IMG/VR virus record: IMGVR_UViG_3300027782_000043
DNA: 57,489 nucleotides
Strand: one strand, 5' to 3'
Source: an uncultured virus (IMG/VR IMGVR_UViG_3300027782_000043)
Lineage: Duplodnaviria; Heunggongvirae; Uroviricota; Caudoviricetes
The notes under the pieces: generated by a model
Told to the model about the DNA's origin: nothing
Databases searched by the model: none
Seen by the model: the letters and a program-made list of their open reading frames with translations, nothing else
In this document: one piece after another, positions 10,584 through 20,598 of the stretch
Layout: each line of letters starts with the position of its first letter
Position numbering within the stretch: position 1 is the first letter of the stretch
Position numbers and translations under genes: made by a program

Positions 10584-12422
10584 TCAAGAGAAATTAATTG
10601 TTTTTAAATTAAGAACATTAACGGTAATGTCTTTGTTTGGATACCTAATTTGATATATTTGAGTTGGTTCTGCAAATATTGTATCGGCAATTAATTTAAT
10701 CATTTTTGTTGATGGGTCTTCATACGCCTGTGAAGTTTGGGAAGATGAATATTGTCCCCCAACTTTATTATAAATGAATATTCCTGAAACAGAAATAATA
10801 CCATTTTCACTCTGTATTAATCTTCTAATTTCAGAAACATAAACATTTTGACCTAACCCCCTAACAGTTGGACTAAAATATTGTGTAACAATATTAATAA
10901 TTTTAGCAACAACTGACCCTTGATTTTGACTTGAGTCTAAAACAACATCTACATCAACACTTAAATCTATTACATTAGCTGTCTCAACGGATATGTAATC
11001 GTTTATCATCCTATAATTTGATAGATAGTTTGCAACATTACTTTTAAGTGTGTTAGAAATAACTTCTGTTAGATTACCATTAGTGTCGTAGGATAACATT
11101 TTAATTTTTATTTTATTATTTTCTTCAACAATAGATACTTTACCCGGTGCACCGAATTGAGACGGCATAGTTCTTAATACCGATTCATAATCATTTATTG
11201 TAACCGCTCTGTTTTGTGCGGAAAAATTATAAGATACATATTGTCTTACTTCCTCAGTTGTTGGTGGATTAGCTCCCCCAATTGCTGCGGTAACATTATT
11301 AACTCTAAGTGAATTAACTACCGTTGAGTTAATTGATTCTGAGGGTCCGTTAACAAAAAACGAAACTGTTCCAATCTGTGTAATAATGTTAACACCTAAA
11401 TTGGTTGATTGTCCTCCCCCAACACGATATTGTATAAATAATGTTGAATTTGGCTTTAATGCACTACCTAAAGCTAAATTATTAACATATTTGTTAAGAT
11501 CAAATCCAACACCGTCTCTTGCAAATTCTCTCAATTGTTCATCAGCTGAAACATTTCCACCACCAAAAGTCATTTTAGTATAACCTTCTGGGGTATACTC
11601 ACTAATAAATTTAGTATTTGTAACAATGTATTTACCAACTTTAATTCCAGGTTGATCTGATGGTTTTGTCGGGTCTTCAACAAAAACTCTGTCTTCCGCC
11701 AATGCCTTTACTTCATACCATCTATTTAATAACGATATAAATTCTTGTGTCTCCGGTGGAGAAGTATATTGTGTCCCGTCTTTAAGTAAGACACTGGTTA
11801 TACCTAAAACATTTTTTTCAGGTAAAAATAATTCAAAAAATGGTTTTACATCATTTGGTGTAATAACTCTTTTAAAAACTTTTGTTATACCATTAACAAT
11901 AACCTCTCTTTTTGTTATCGTATAATTAGTAATATTATTATTTGCATCAAAATTTGGAATTTTTAGTCTGTTTGGTGATCCTTCGGCATTTGTTGGTGAT
12001 GAAAAATCAATATCATATACTGTTTCAAATGGTTGTCCGGCCCCATTAACCTGTGACCCTCTTCTTAAAACTCCACAATATCTTAAATCTTCTCTATCCC
12101 CAAAAGCCGGAACTGTTATTGAAAAGTCTACTAATGCAACCGAAGGTCTTGATCCAGGTATTTTTAAACCATAAGTTTTGGCAATATTATAAATAGATGA
12201 CTTTTGTTGTGCGTATTGTAATACTGTTTCTTGTATACTTCTATCAATCTGAAATTGTAAGTTATCAGTTACCGCAGCGTTTAAATCTAATAATACCGAA
12301 AATACTCCCGCATCATTAAAATTTTGTACTAAGTCGGGATAATAAGATCTTGTAAAGTTTATTAATTCAGTTCTTATTCCTGCGAAGTCTCTAGTTGTGT
12401 AAGATATTTTTTTATTTGCCAT
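10584..12422 (-). CDS. Baseplate wedge subunit (T4 gp6 / baseplate J-like)
   Basis: N-terminal 'YTTRDFAGIRTELI..Y', 'AKTYGLK', 'YRVGGG...N', 'AAIGGAN', 'AQNRAVTINDY' are gp6/J-type motifs. Follows a gp25-like gene. Confidence 0.88.
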   Translation of the reverse strand: MANKKISYTTRDFAGIRTELINFTRSYYPDLVQNFNDAGVFSVLLDLNAAVTDNLQFQIDRSIQETVLQYAQQKSSIYNIAKTYGLKIPGSRPSVALVDFSITVPAFGDREDLRYCGVLRRGSQVNGAGQPFETVYDIDFSSPTNAEGSPNRLKIPNFDANNNITNYTITKREVIVNGITKVFKRVITPNDVKPFFELFLPEKNVLGITSVLLKDGTQYTSPPETQEFISLLNRWYEVKALAEDRVFVEDPTKPSDQPGIKVGKYIVTNTKFISEYTPEGYTKMTFGGGNVSADEQLREFARDGVGFDLNKYVNNLALGSALKPNSTLFIQYRVGGGQSTNLGVNIITQIGTVSFFVNGPSESINSTVVNSLRVNNVTAAIGGANPPTTEEVRQYVSYNFSAQNRAVTINDYESVLRTMPSQFGAPGKVSIVEENNKIKIKMLSYDTNGNLTEVISNTLKSNVANYLSNYRMINDYISVETANVIDLSVDVDVVLDSSQNQGSVVAKIINIVTQYFSPTVRGLGQNVYVSEIRRLIQSENGIISVSGIFIYNKVGGQYSSSQTSQAYEDPSTKMIKLIADTIFAEPTQIYQIRYPNKDITVNVLNLKTINFS

Positions 12423-12428
12423 ATACTA

Positions 12429-12887
12429 TTAAATATTAATAATTAAAAAATCACTTGAATTAAATGCATTATTAGTATTTTTGTAATCAATTCTAACTTT
12501 TGCGGTATGTTCTAACTGTGATATATTTGGTACCGTAAATTCTTTTTCCCCATATTGATTCACATATGTTCCTTGATTTTGGTCTTCTGTTGATGCGTCG
12601 GTTATCTTAATGTTTGTTATTAATATCCCTGGCATATATTTACTAACAGAATCCCTTATTTCATTTTCAATTTCACTAAATGTTGGTCCGTCTAAAGGTT
12701 CAAAAAGATATTCGTATAATCTAGATCCAAAATCGGGTAAAAAGTATCTTGTTCCTTTTTTACTTAATAATAAGTGTACAAGATTACTTCTTATTTCTTC
12801 ATCACTATCATTAGAGGTATCTAAATATCTACCAACGAACGAATCCCTAAACGGGAAAGTTAAACCATATGTTATTCCATTTGCCAT
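12429..12887 (-). CDS. Baseplate wedge subunit, gp25/GpW-like
   Basis: 'IRSNLVHLLLSKKGTRYFLPDFGSRLYEYLFEP' is the gp25-family signature. Confidence 0.9.
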   Translation of the reverse strand: MANGITYGLTFPFRDSFVGRYLDTSNDSDEEIRSNLVHLLLSKKGTRYFLPDFGSRLYEYLFEPLDGPTFSEIENEIRDSVSKYMPGILITNIKITDASTEDQNQGTYVNQYGEKEFTVPNISQLEHTAKVRIDYKNTNNAFNSSDFLIINI

Positions 12888-12930
12888 ATCTAATAAATAT
12901 AAGGTTAAGAATTTTTGATTAAATAGATAT

Positions 12931-12960
12931 AAAATAAAAAATCACGACTTTTGCCGTGAT
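12931..12960 (-). terminator. Intrinsic terminator after nrdA
   Basis: Minus strand ATCACGGC-AAAA-GTCGTGAT hairpin followed by TTTTTATTTT. Confidence 0.75.
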
Positions 12961-12981
12961 TTATTTAAATAGTGATTTATT

Positions 12982-15411
12982 TTAAGATGAACAACCAAAA
13001 CATTCAAACTCTGAACTATCCGGTTTTAATGGTAAACCTTCATTTACATGTTCAAATTTTGGTACTTCTGAGTTAAAATTTATTTTTTCTTTTTTACTTG
13101 TGTCCAACGCCAAATGTTTAGCTCCCGTTGAGATTGCTTTTGTTCTTACATAATAACAAAGGGTTTTTAAACCTTTTTCCCAAGAATGGAAATGTGATGA
13201 GGTAATTTTAGATAACGTGGGACTTGACATATAAATGTTCATTGATTGTGATTGATCAATAAACGGAGCTCTATCCGCCGCCATATTAATTAATTCTTTT
13301 TGGGATATTTCCCAAATTGTTTTGTATTTAGGTATTAAATGTTCAATTCTTTTAACTTTTTTATTATAATTTTTGTCATCAGGATCTAAATAGTTATTAA
13401 AATTAATATTTTTAATTGATCCTTCATTCATAATAATTTCATTTTTTAAATCTTCAGACCATATCCCAATTTTTTCAAAATCAGTAATTAAGTATTTGTT
13501 TACAATCATTATTTCACCACCAACAACTCGTCGATTAAATAATGCCGAATGTGCGGGTTCTGTCATTTCAAATGAACCTGTAATCTTAGCTGAAGACGCT
13601 ACAGGCATTTGTGCGGTAAATAATGAATTACATACACCATACTGTTTTACATCATCTTTTAATGTGTTCCAATCCCAATATCCTGATAAATTATCATCAG
13701 TTAATCCCCACATGTCAAATTGAAATATTCTTTTCGACATTGGTGATCCTTTAAAGAATTTATATGGCTTATATTTATTTTTTTTACATAAATCATTACT
13801 CTCGTATATTGCACCATAATATATCGTTTCAAAGATTTGTTTGTTTAATAATTTTGCCTCTTCTTCAGTAAAAATCAAATCAAGTAAATAAAAAACATCT
13901 GCCAAACCTTGTGTTCCAATAGCAATTGCTCTTTGTTCTAACCCCCCTTTTAATCCTTTTTTAGTTGAGTAACTATTTATATCAATAACTTTGTTTAAAG
14001 TTCTCACAACTTTTCTAACTTCATTAAATAATAATTGAAAATCAAATTTATTTCCAATAATAAAGTTTTTAAGTACAATAGACGATAGGGTACAAATTGC
14101 AGTAGTTTCTTCATCCGTATACTGATATATCTCATTACAAAGATTAGATTGTTTAATTACTCCAATATTTTGATGATTAGTTTTTCTGTTTGCATTATCT
14201 TTGGAACATAGATAAGGAATTCCAGTTTCAATTTGTGATTCAATTATTTTAGACCATATATCTTGTGCCTTAACTTTCTTACCTAACCCTAAAGAAACAG
14301 CTTTATTATAATTTTCTTCATATTCATCACCAAATGATTCTTGTAATGGTTTAATCCCCGCTTTAATTATATCGTTAGGACATAACAAATACCAATCTTC
14401 ATTATTTTTAACTGATCTCATAAAGTTGTCAGGAATCCAAAGTGCCGTAAATAAATCACGAGCTCTTAATTCTTCAGCACCAGTATTTTTTTTAATTTCC
14501 AATAAGTCTATAATATCTTTATGCCAAGGCTCCAAATAAATTGCTGCGGATCCAGGTCTACGACCTTGTTGGTTAAAAAACCTTAATGATTCGTTAACAA
14601 TTTTTAAATACTTCAACAACCCACCAGAATGTCCACCTGATGTAGATATTCTACTTTCCTTACTTCTAATGTTAGACATAGATAATCCAATTCCTGCAGC
14701 ATCTGAAGAGTAAGTTGAAATATCGTTTAATGTGTCCAATAATCCTTGTCTTGAATCAGAATTATTATAATGTAAAACACAAGAAGCCAATTGAGGTACT
14801 TTTGTACCAGAATTAATCATTATTGGTGTTGCTTTAGAAATAAGTTGATTTGATAATGATTTATAATATTCAATTGCATCTTCAAAAGTATCTGTAACCC
14901 ATAAGGCAACCCTCATATACATATGCTGTGGTCTTTCAATTACTTTTCCTTGTGGTGTTTTTAGTAAATACATCTCTTGTAATGATCTCCAAGCAAAATA
15001 GTCAAAATTATAATCGTTATTATGGTTTATAATTTCATCAATATTTTTTTCTCCGTATTTTTGAATTGTTTCTACTAACACATCATTAATAATTCCATGT
15101 GAATGTAACTCTGACATTGTTTCTGAAAAACTTGGGTTAGTTTCTTTATGGTATGAAGAAATTGCAATTGAAGATGCTAATCTTGAGTAATCATGATGAC
15201 TTCCGGTGTAAGACGCCGCTATCTCATAAATTAATTTATCTAATTCTTTTGTTGTTATATCACCTTCAGTTGGTACTGAAGTGATAACCTTGATAAAAAT
15301 CTCGTCTGAATTGACACTCAAACCTTTTGCAGATTTTTTAACACGATTGTAAATTTTTTGTGGGTTAAATGTTACATTATCCCCATCTCTTTTTATTATT
15401 TTAAGTGACAT
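12982..15411 (-). CDS. nrdA: Class Ia ribonucleotide reductase large subunit with N-terminal ATP cone
   Basis: ATP cone (IIKRDG...), ATP-IMINSG, QLASC, SNLCNEI active site, AICTLSS, MPVASSA, YY radical-transfer pair and C-terminal CFGC. Confidence 0.96.
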   Translation of the reverse strand: MSLKIIKRDGDNVTFNPQKIYNRVKKSAKGLSVNSDEIFIKVITSVPTEGDITTKELDKLIYEIAASYTGSHHDYSRLASSIAISSYHKETNPSFSETMSELHSHGIINDVLVETIQKYGEKNIDEIINHNNDYNFDYFAWRSLQEMYLLKTPQGKVIERPQHMYMRVALWVTDTFEDAIEYYKSLSNQLISKATPIMINSGTKVPQLASCVLHYNNSDSRQGLLDTLNDISTYSSDAAGIGLSMSNIRSKESRISTSGGHSGGLLKYLKIVNESLRFFNQQGRRPGSAAIYLEPWHKDIIDLLEIKKNTGAEELRARDLFTALWIPDNFMRSVKNNEDWYLLCPNDIIKAGIKPLQESFGDEYEENYNKAVSLGLGKKVKAQDIWSKIIESQIETGIPYLCSKDNANRKTNHQNIGVIKQSNLCNEIYQYTDEETTAICTLSSIVLKNFIIGNKFDFQLLFNEVRKVVRTLNKVIDINSYSTKKGLKGGLEQRAIAIGTQGLADVFYLLDLIFTEEEAKLLNKQIFETIYYGAIYESNDLCKKNKYKPYKFFKGSPMSKRIFQFDMWGLTDDNLSGYWDWNTLKDDVKQYGVCNSLFTAQMPVASSAKITGSFEMTEPAHSALFNRRVVGGEIMIVNKYLITDFEKIGIWSEDLKNEIIMNEGSIKNINFNNYLDPDDKNYNKKVKRIEHLIPKYKTIWEISQKELINMAADRAPFIDQSQSMNIYMSSPTLSKITSSHFHSWEKGLKTLCYYVRTKAISTGAKHLALDTSKKEKINFNSEVPKFEHVNEGLPLKPDSSEFECFGCSS

Positions 15412-15427
15412 AGTATTTTTTTAATTT

Positions 15428-16375
15428 TTAAAAATCTTCTTCAAATGTAATTTTTTCATTTAATTTTGCTTTTTGATATTCCATTGTTCTTGACTCAAAG
15501 AAATTACCTTTTGTTTCAACAGCAATTTGTTCCATAAATTTAAATGGTTGGTCAACATTAAATTCTTTATTACAACCAAATTTTACCAAAAGACCATCTA
15601 CAACAAATTCCAAATATTGTTTCATTAAATTTGAGTTCATTCCAATCAATGAAACTGGTAAGGATTCGGTAATAAATTCTTTTTCAATCTCAAGTGCGGA
15701 TAATAAAATTTCTTTAATTCTTTTTTCTGATGGTTTATTTTCACAATGGTTATTTAACAAATGAATTGCAAAATCACAATGTAGATTTTCATCTTTAAAA
15801 ATTAGAGAATTAGCGTTACATAGTCCTTGCATAATTCCTCTTGACTTTAACCAAAAAATAGAACAGAATGAACCTGAAAAGAATATTCCTTCAACTGCCG
15901 CAAAAGCAATTAACCTTTCTTGGAAAGATGAATTATCAATCCAGTTTAATGCCCATTTTGCCTTCTTCTGTACCGCAGGTAGTCTATCAATCGCATTAAA
16001 ACATTCGTCTTTTTCTTTAGTATCACTAATATAGGTATCAATCAATAATGAATACATCAATGAGTGAATGTTTTCCATCGCTAATTGGAATCCGTAAAAG
16101 AATTTTGCTTCAGGATATTGTACCTCACGATAAAAATTTTCCGCTAAGTTTTCATTAACAATACCATCAGATGCTGCGAAAAATGATAATAAATTTTTAA
16201 CAAAGTATTTTTCATTATCCGTTAGTTTTTCCCAATCACGAATATCATTTGTTAAATCTACCTCTTCTGCCGTCCAAAATGCTGCTTGATGTTGTTTATA
16301 AAATTCCCATATGTCATTATGTTCAATTGGGAATATGACGAATCTTGAGGGGTTTTCAATTAATATTTTTTCCAT
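15428..16375 (-). CDS. nrdB: Class Ia ribonucleotide reductase small subunit
   Basis: [36 protein letters not shown] and NFFE..Y di-iron and tyrosyl-radical motifs. Confidence 0.96.
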   Translation of the reverse strand: MEKILIENPSRFVIFPIEHNDIWEFYKQHQAAFWTAEEVDLTNDIRDWEKLTDNEKYFVKNLLSFFAASDGIVNENLAENFYREVQYPEAKFFYGFQLAMENIHSLMYSLLIDTYISDTKEKDECFNAIDRLPAVQKKAKWALNWIDNSSFQERLIAFAAVEGIFFSGSFCSIFWLKSRGIMQGLCNANSLIFKDENLHCDFAIHLLNNHCENKPSEKRIKEILLSALEIEKEFITESLPVSLIGMNSNLMKQYLEFVVDGLLVKFGCNKEFNVDQPFKFMEQIAVETKGNFFESRTMEYQKAKLNEKITFEEDF

Positions 16376-16391
16376 TTTATTTAATTATTTT

Positions 16392-17777
16392 TTAATTTTT
16401 TTGTTTTTCTTGTCTTTCTTGTCTTTTTTCTAACAATTCTGTTACTCTTTGTCTTTGTCTTTCTTCTTGTTTTTCTTCTAAACCTAAGAAAGTCATAGAA
16501 CTCTCGGTGTCAATGTCTAACATTGCATTATCAAATTTACAATTTTCAAATATTACACCGTCATCTCCAACCCTTGATTTTGTAATTGCTATTGTCGCTA
16601 ATTTCATCTCTTTCTGTTGAAGTGTTTTTGCAACCGTAATAATAACGTGACCAACTTGTGCCTTTTTAATTGACCCACCCATTTGATCAGTTGTTACAAC
16701 CTCAGAAGAAATAGAACTTCTATTACCTTGTGTTGCAGTCCAACCAACTAAATTAAGTTCATGACACATAGCTTCAAACCCTCTCATAACAGAACCTTCG
16801 CTTTTCCATTCATCACCCAAATTTTTTTCAGGAACAACACAGTCAATATAATCTAATAATACCATATCAATCTTTGTTCCTTCAGCAACCATTTTTCTAA
16901 TTTGATTTTTAATTTGTAAAATAGTTACAGTGTCAGAAGGTAATTTATTCATTATTAACTTATTTGGCATTGACTCTTCGATAGTTTTAACTTTTTCTAT
17001 TACCTCATCCCTTTTTTCAGATAATTCGTCAGGATGAATTTTTGTCCAAAGAGTAAAATGTTTTCTTTGAATTACCTTTGGGTTATCTTCAAAAAAGATC
17101 TGAAGTACGTTGTTTCCTAAGTTAAATGCGTGGTTAGCAATTTTAGTTAAGATTGTAGATTTACCCACTCCTGTTGGAGCTAAAATAACTCCAATTTCAC
17201 CTCTAGCTAAACCACCTTTTAATAGTTTATCGATACCTGGAATTCCCATTGGTATTGGATGTCTATAATCATCATCAAGTACTTGATAAATATTAGAAAA
17301 AACATCCATAGCATTAGTATTTTTTTCTCCTACTTGTAATGCTCCTCTAACTAACTCTTCAAGAGTGTCATAATTTTCAAATTCACCTCCATCAATTATT
17401 TTTTGAGCTTTAGTCATGACTTTTTGAAGTTCTTGTTGTTTACAGAATTTCAAAGCCTTTTCTTGTACAAAATTAACACCGTCAATAGGTGAATCCTTAA
17501 TTTTCTTAATTGTGTCCAAAACTATTTTAGACGCAATTTCTTGTTGTAATTCAGATTTAGTAATCTGTTCTAATGTTTCAAATGATGGGGTATGTTCGTA
17601 TTTTACATAATACTCCTTAATCATTTGAACAATTATTTTAAAGTATTTATTTTCAAAATAATTGTTTTCTATTACATCAATAATTGACTGTGAAAAGTCT
17701 TTATCTAATATGATTTGGTTTAATAATTGTAGTTGAAATACATTACCTAAGTACTCAAAGTTTTTGTTTGTCGCCAT
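16392..17777 (-). CDS. dnaB: Replicative DNA helicase, DnaB/T4 gp41-like (SF4)
   Basis: Walker A APTGVGKS, 'FFED', 'LLDYID', 'WTATQGNR' and 'KSR' arginine-finger motif. Confidence 0.9.
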   Translation of the reverse strand: MATNKNFEYLGNVFQLQLLNQIILDKDFSQSIIDVIENNYFENKYFKIIVQMIKEYYVKYEHTPSFETLEQITKSELQQEIASKIVLDTIKKIKDSPIDGVNFVQEKALKFCKQQELQKVMTKAQKIIDGGEFENYDTLEELVRGALQVGEKNTNAMDVFSNIYQVLDDDYRHPIPMGIPGIDKLLKGGLARGEIGVILAPTGVGKSTILTKIANHAFNLGNNVLQIFFEDNPKVIQRKHFTLWTKIHPDELSEKRDEVIEKVKTIEESMPNKLIMNKLPSDTVTILQIKNQIRKMVAEGTKIDMVLLDYIDCVVPEKNLGDEWKSEGSVMRGFEAMCHELNLVGWTATQGNRSSISSEVVTTDQMGGSIKKAQVGHVIITVAKTLQQKEMKLATIAITKSRVGDDGVIFENCKFDNAMLDIDTESSMTFLGLEEKQEERQRQRVTELLEKRQERQEKQKN

Positions 17778-17807
17778 GTTTTTTTGTTTTGTTAGTAATG
17801 ATAAATA

Positions 17808-18260
17808 CTATTGGTTTTGATTAAAATTCGGGTAATAATAATTAAAATTTTTACCTGAAAAAATGTCAGTAAGATCGTTAAGTACACTTTTTAATTGTGG
17901 TCGTAGATCTACTGTATACCTTATTTTTGGCGGGTAATGTTTTGCGTTAAATGTTCTCTGACATATTGTCATATCACCAATTTTAACATAAACATTAAAA
18001 TTTTCAGGTCCATCAGTAATTGATGTGTTTAACATATCAGGATTTACACCTATTTCGTATTGGTTATCTAACATATAGATAACACTCCTCATTTTTAAAT
18101 TATTTTTTAATTTATCCGTAAATAAACGAAAATAATCATAAAATTCAACTGATTTGTGAGAGTTTTTGTTTAAACCTTTCACATTAAAAAATCTTTGTAC
18201 GACAATATTGTCATTACACATTAATAAAAATTCTACTTTTGTTACATCTTGATCTTTCAT
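17808..18260 (-). CDS. Hypothetical protein (150 aa) in the replication cluster
   Basis: ORF between the exonuclease and helicase genes. Ends in TAG. Confidence 0.7.
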   Translation of the reverse strand: MKDQDVTKVEFLLMCNDNIVVQRFFNVKGLNKNSHKSVEFYDYFRLFTDKLKNNLKMRSVIYMLDNQYEIGVNPDMLNTSITDGPENFNVYVKIGDMTICQRTFNAKHYPPKIRYTVDLRPQLKSVLNDLTDIFSGKNFNYYYPNFNQNQ

Positions 18261-18269
18261 ACTTTTTTT

Positions 18270-19280
18270 TTAATTTTTGTTTCTAAATTTTGTTTTTTCT
18301 TTTCTTGATAATTTTAAAAATGGTTTTAAAAAATTAATCCATGCATCATCTCCTTTTGGGAGGTACTTGAAGAACCCGTCGGTCATCATCATTCTAATTA
18401 GGTTTCTATGTCCTCTTCCATCAGGATCCATTGACTCAGAGTAATATTCTCTAACCATTTTTTTACCATCTTCATCAATTAAAGGTTCTGATAAATCTAC
18501 GAGTTTTTTATTGATTCTAAAAAAATCATCACCCATAATACCTTCTTTTGTTTTTCCAATGATTAAATTTCCTAAAACAACATTTTTTTGTTGTTCTTTT
18601 AATAGTTGTTCACCTTTTGTTAAAATATCGGTTAAATATATCTTTGAATCAAGTATTTCAGGAAAAAATTTAATTAAAGTTTTCTCACCCATTAAACTTA
18701 TTCCATCAATATTATCCGAAGTATCACCAGCAAGGATCTTAAATGTCATAACATTATAATGAGGAATCGAACAATTTTTAAATTTAATGTTGTCACCAAA
18801 TTTATAATACGACTTTAAGTTTGGTGAATAAATTAATACCTTTTCTGAAATTAATTGAGTTAAGTCTTTATCACTTGAGAATATCGTTTTCTCTTCATCT
18901 AAAGAGATTTGACAGTAATACGCAATAAGATCATCGGCTTCCGAATTTTCAATCTCTAATTGTCTAATAAACATCTCTTCAAGATATTGTTTAACTCTTG
19001 TTTTTTGTTTGTTAAATGAATCTGTCTTCTCCACATCATTAGGAGAAGATTTACGATTCATCTTATATTTTGGATATATTAATTTTCTTTGAGATGAGTT
19101 TGTGTCACTATCCCAAAAGACCATAACTTTATTAAAATTGGTTTCTTCTAAGAATTTACGAATTGTGTTAATAAAATGCCAAGTTCCACCAATGTGTTCC
19201 CCATTATTATAAAAATCTTTAACTCCGTGAAATCCTATTTTTAATAAATTGTTACCATCAACAATTAATGTTTTGACCAT
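18270..19280 (-). CDS. 5'-3' exonuclease / flap endonuclease (T4 RNase H / Pol I N-terminal-like)
   Basis: LIVDGNN, YPKYKMNR, EADDLIA, SSDKDLTQL and LAGDTSDNIDGI (H3TH) motifs. Confidence 0.92.
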   Translation of the reverse strand: MVKTLIVDGNNLLKIGFHGVKDFYNNGEHIGGTWHFINTIRKFLEETNFNKVMVFWDSDTNSSQRKLIYPKYKMNRKSSPNDVEKTDSFNKQKTRVKQYLEEMFIRQLEIENSEADDLIAYYCQISLDEEKTIFSSDKDLTQLISEKVLIYSPNLKSYYKFGDNIKFKNCSIPHYNVMTFKILAGDTSDNIDGISLMGEKTLIKFFPEILDSKIYLTDILTKGEQLLKEQQKNVVLGNLIIGKTKEGIMGDDFFRINKKLVDLSEPLIDEDGKKMVREYYSESMDPDGRGHRNLIRMMMTDGFFKYLPKGDDAWINFLKPFLKLSRKEKTKFRNKN

Positions 19281-19311
19281 TTAAATTTTTTAAGTCGTTT
19301 GAAAATACTTT

Positions 19312-20295
19312 TTACTCGTCAGAGTCATCATCAGATTCGGCTAAAGAATAATCTGAATATCCTAATTTTGTTTCCCAATAATCAGAATAGTCTTTCTTAT
19401 AATTATCCAAAGATTCTTTTGTGTCTGCAATATAACCTTGTGGTACTGCAATTATCTTACCATCTTTATACCCAATACCATTAACGTGATTCTTTAATAT
19501 CGAAATCTTAGTTCTAATTGCAAAAGACACTTTTCTACCATTCTTAGTTGCATCAATGTGACTAATACCTGCCTTTTTCTGATTACCAAATAAAAACACT
19601 AATGATGATGCCAACCATACCGCTTCACCACCTTTGGCCTTGATTTCAGGTTGTCCAAATGGATTATCAGGAAGTAACACCCAAGGTTGATTTAAGATCA
19701 CTAAAGTATTGTAATATGGGTAGTCTTCTTTTTTAGATTTTGAGATTCTTGAATGAATTCCCATACCAATTTTATCCGCTAATACTTTTGCGTTGTGCAT
19801 TCCACCACCTTTACCATCAAAAGTCATCTGACAAGGTATACTTCCAATACTGTCCCACAAAAATAATAAACTATAAGGAATATCTCCCTTTTCTTGAGCG
19901 TCAAGAATGTTATTAATAAATTCAGTTGCTTGTTCAATTACATCAAATGAATCGTTAAAAATAAACATACCATCATACTCACCAAGTTCGTTTTTTTCCG
20001 CCTGTAATCCCAATTCAATAGCATGTTCCCAAGACCATTTTTTCTCAGTAATAATAAGAATAGGTAAATGACCTTTTTTCTGAGCGTCAGCTGCTGCAAG
20101 GATCATTGCCGTTGTTTTTGAGGTATTTGAATGTCCTAAAAACATATTTATACCACCCATAATAGGGCCAGGTAATCCACATGATCCCATAAAAGCTTCT
20201 CCACAATTATAGAAACTTTCTGGTTTGTATTTTGTTTTTGTCGAATATTTACCTTTAATTGTTTCTAAAGATATTTCTCTTTTTCTTATCGCCAT
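19312..20295 (-). CDS. RecA/UvsX-like recombinase
   Basis: P-loop GHSNTSKTT, Walker B LWDSIGS, 'ILNQ', 'KGGEA' and 'LKNH' RecA-like motifs. Adjacent to the SSB gene. Confidence 0.85.
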   Translation of the reverse strand: MAIRKREISLETIKGKYSTKTKYKPESFYNCGEAFMGSCGLPGPIMGGINMFLGHSNTSKTTAMILAAADAQKKGHLPILIITEKKWSWEHAIELGLQAEKNELGEYDGMFIFNDSFDVIEQATEFINNILDAQEKGDIPYSLLFLWDSIGSIPCQMTFDGKGGGMHNAKVLADKIGMGIHSRISKSKKEDYPYYNTLVILNQPWVLLPDNPFGQPEIKAKGGEAVWLASSLVFLFGNQKKAGISHIDATKNGRKVSFAIRTKISILKNHVNGIGYKDGKIIAVPQGYIADTKESLDNYKKDYSDYWETKLGYSDYSLAESDDDSDE

Positions 20296-20299
20296 TTTA

Positions 20300-20527
20300 T
20301 TATAAAATTTCTGAATTATATTTACGAATTTTTTCTAATGACTCAAGTTTATCTTGTGCGTTTGCGAATTTTTCAACTAACTTATCCATTTCTTCTAAAT
20401 GTTGTGGATGTTCACCAATACCAACAGATGAAGTTAAATAAACTAATAACGTCGCTTCTGATTCTGCCATTTCACTGCGATATTTTAAGGACAATGCCTC
20501 ATACATTTTTTCTGCTATTTTACTCAT
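20300..20527 (-). CDS. Small conserved phage protein (75 aa)
   Basis: Helical ORF with the 'VGIGEHP' motif, which I recall from hypothetical proteins of T4-like aquatic phages. Confidence 0.65.
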   Translation of the reverse strand: MSKIAEKMYEALSLKYRSEMAESEATLLVYLTSSVGIGEHPQHLEEMDKLVEKFANAQDKLESLEKIRKYNSEIL

Positions 20528-20550
20528 TTTTTTTGATTTTTTTTGATTTT

Positions 20551-20586
20551 AAAAAATATGGACACTCAGTATTTCCAAGTGCCCAT
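20551..20586 (-). terminator. Hairpin with U-tract after the SSB gene (terminator or attenuator)
   Basis: Minus strand ATGGGCACT-tggaaatactg-AGTGTCCAT followed by ATTTTTT. Confidence 0.6.
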
Positions 20587-20598
20587 GTCGAACTTTAA

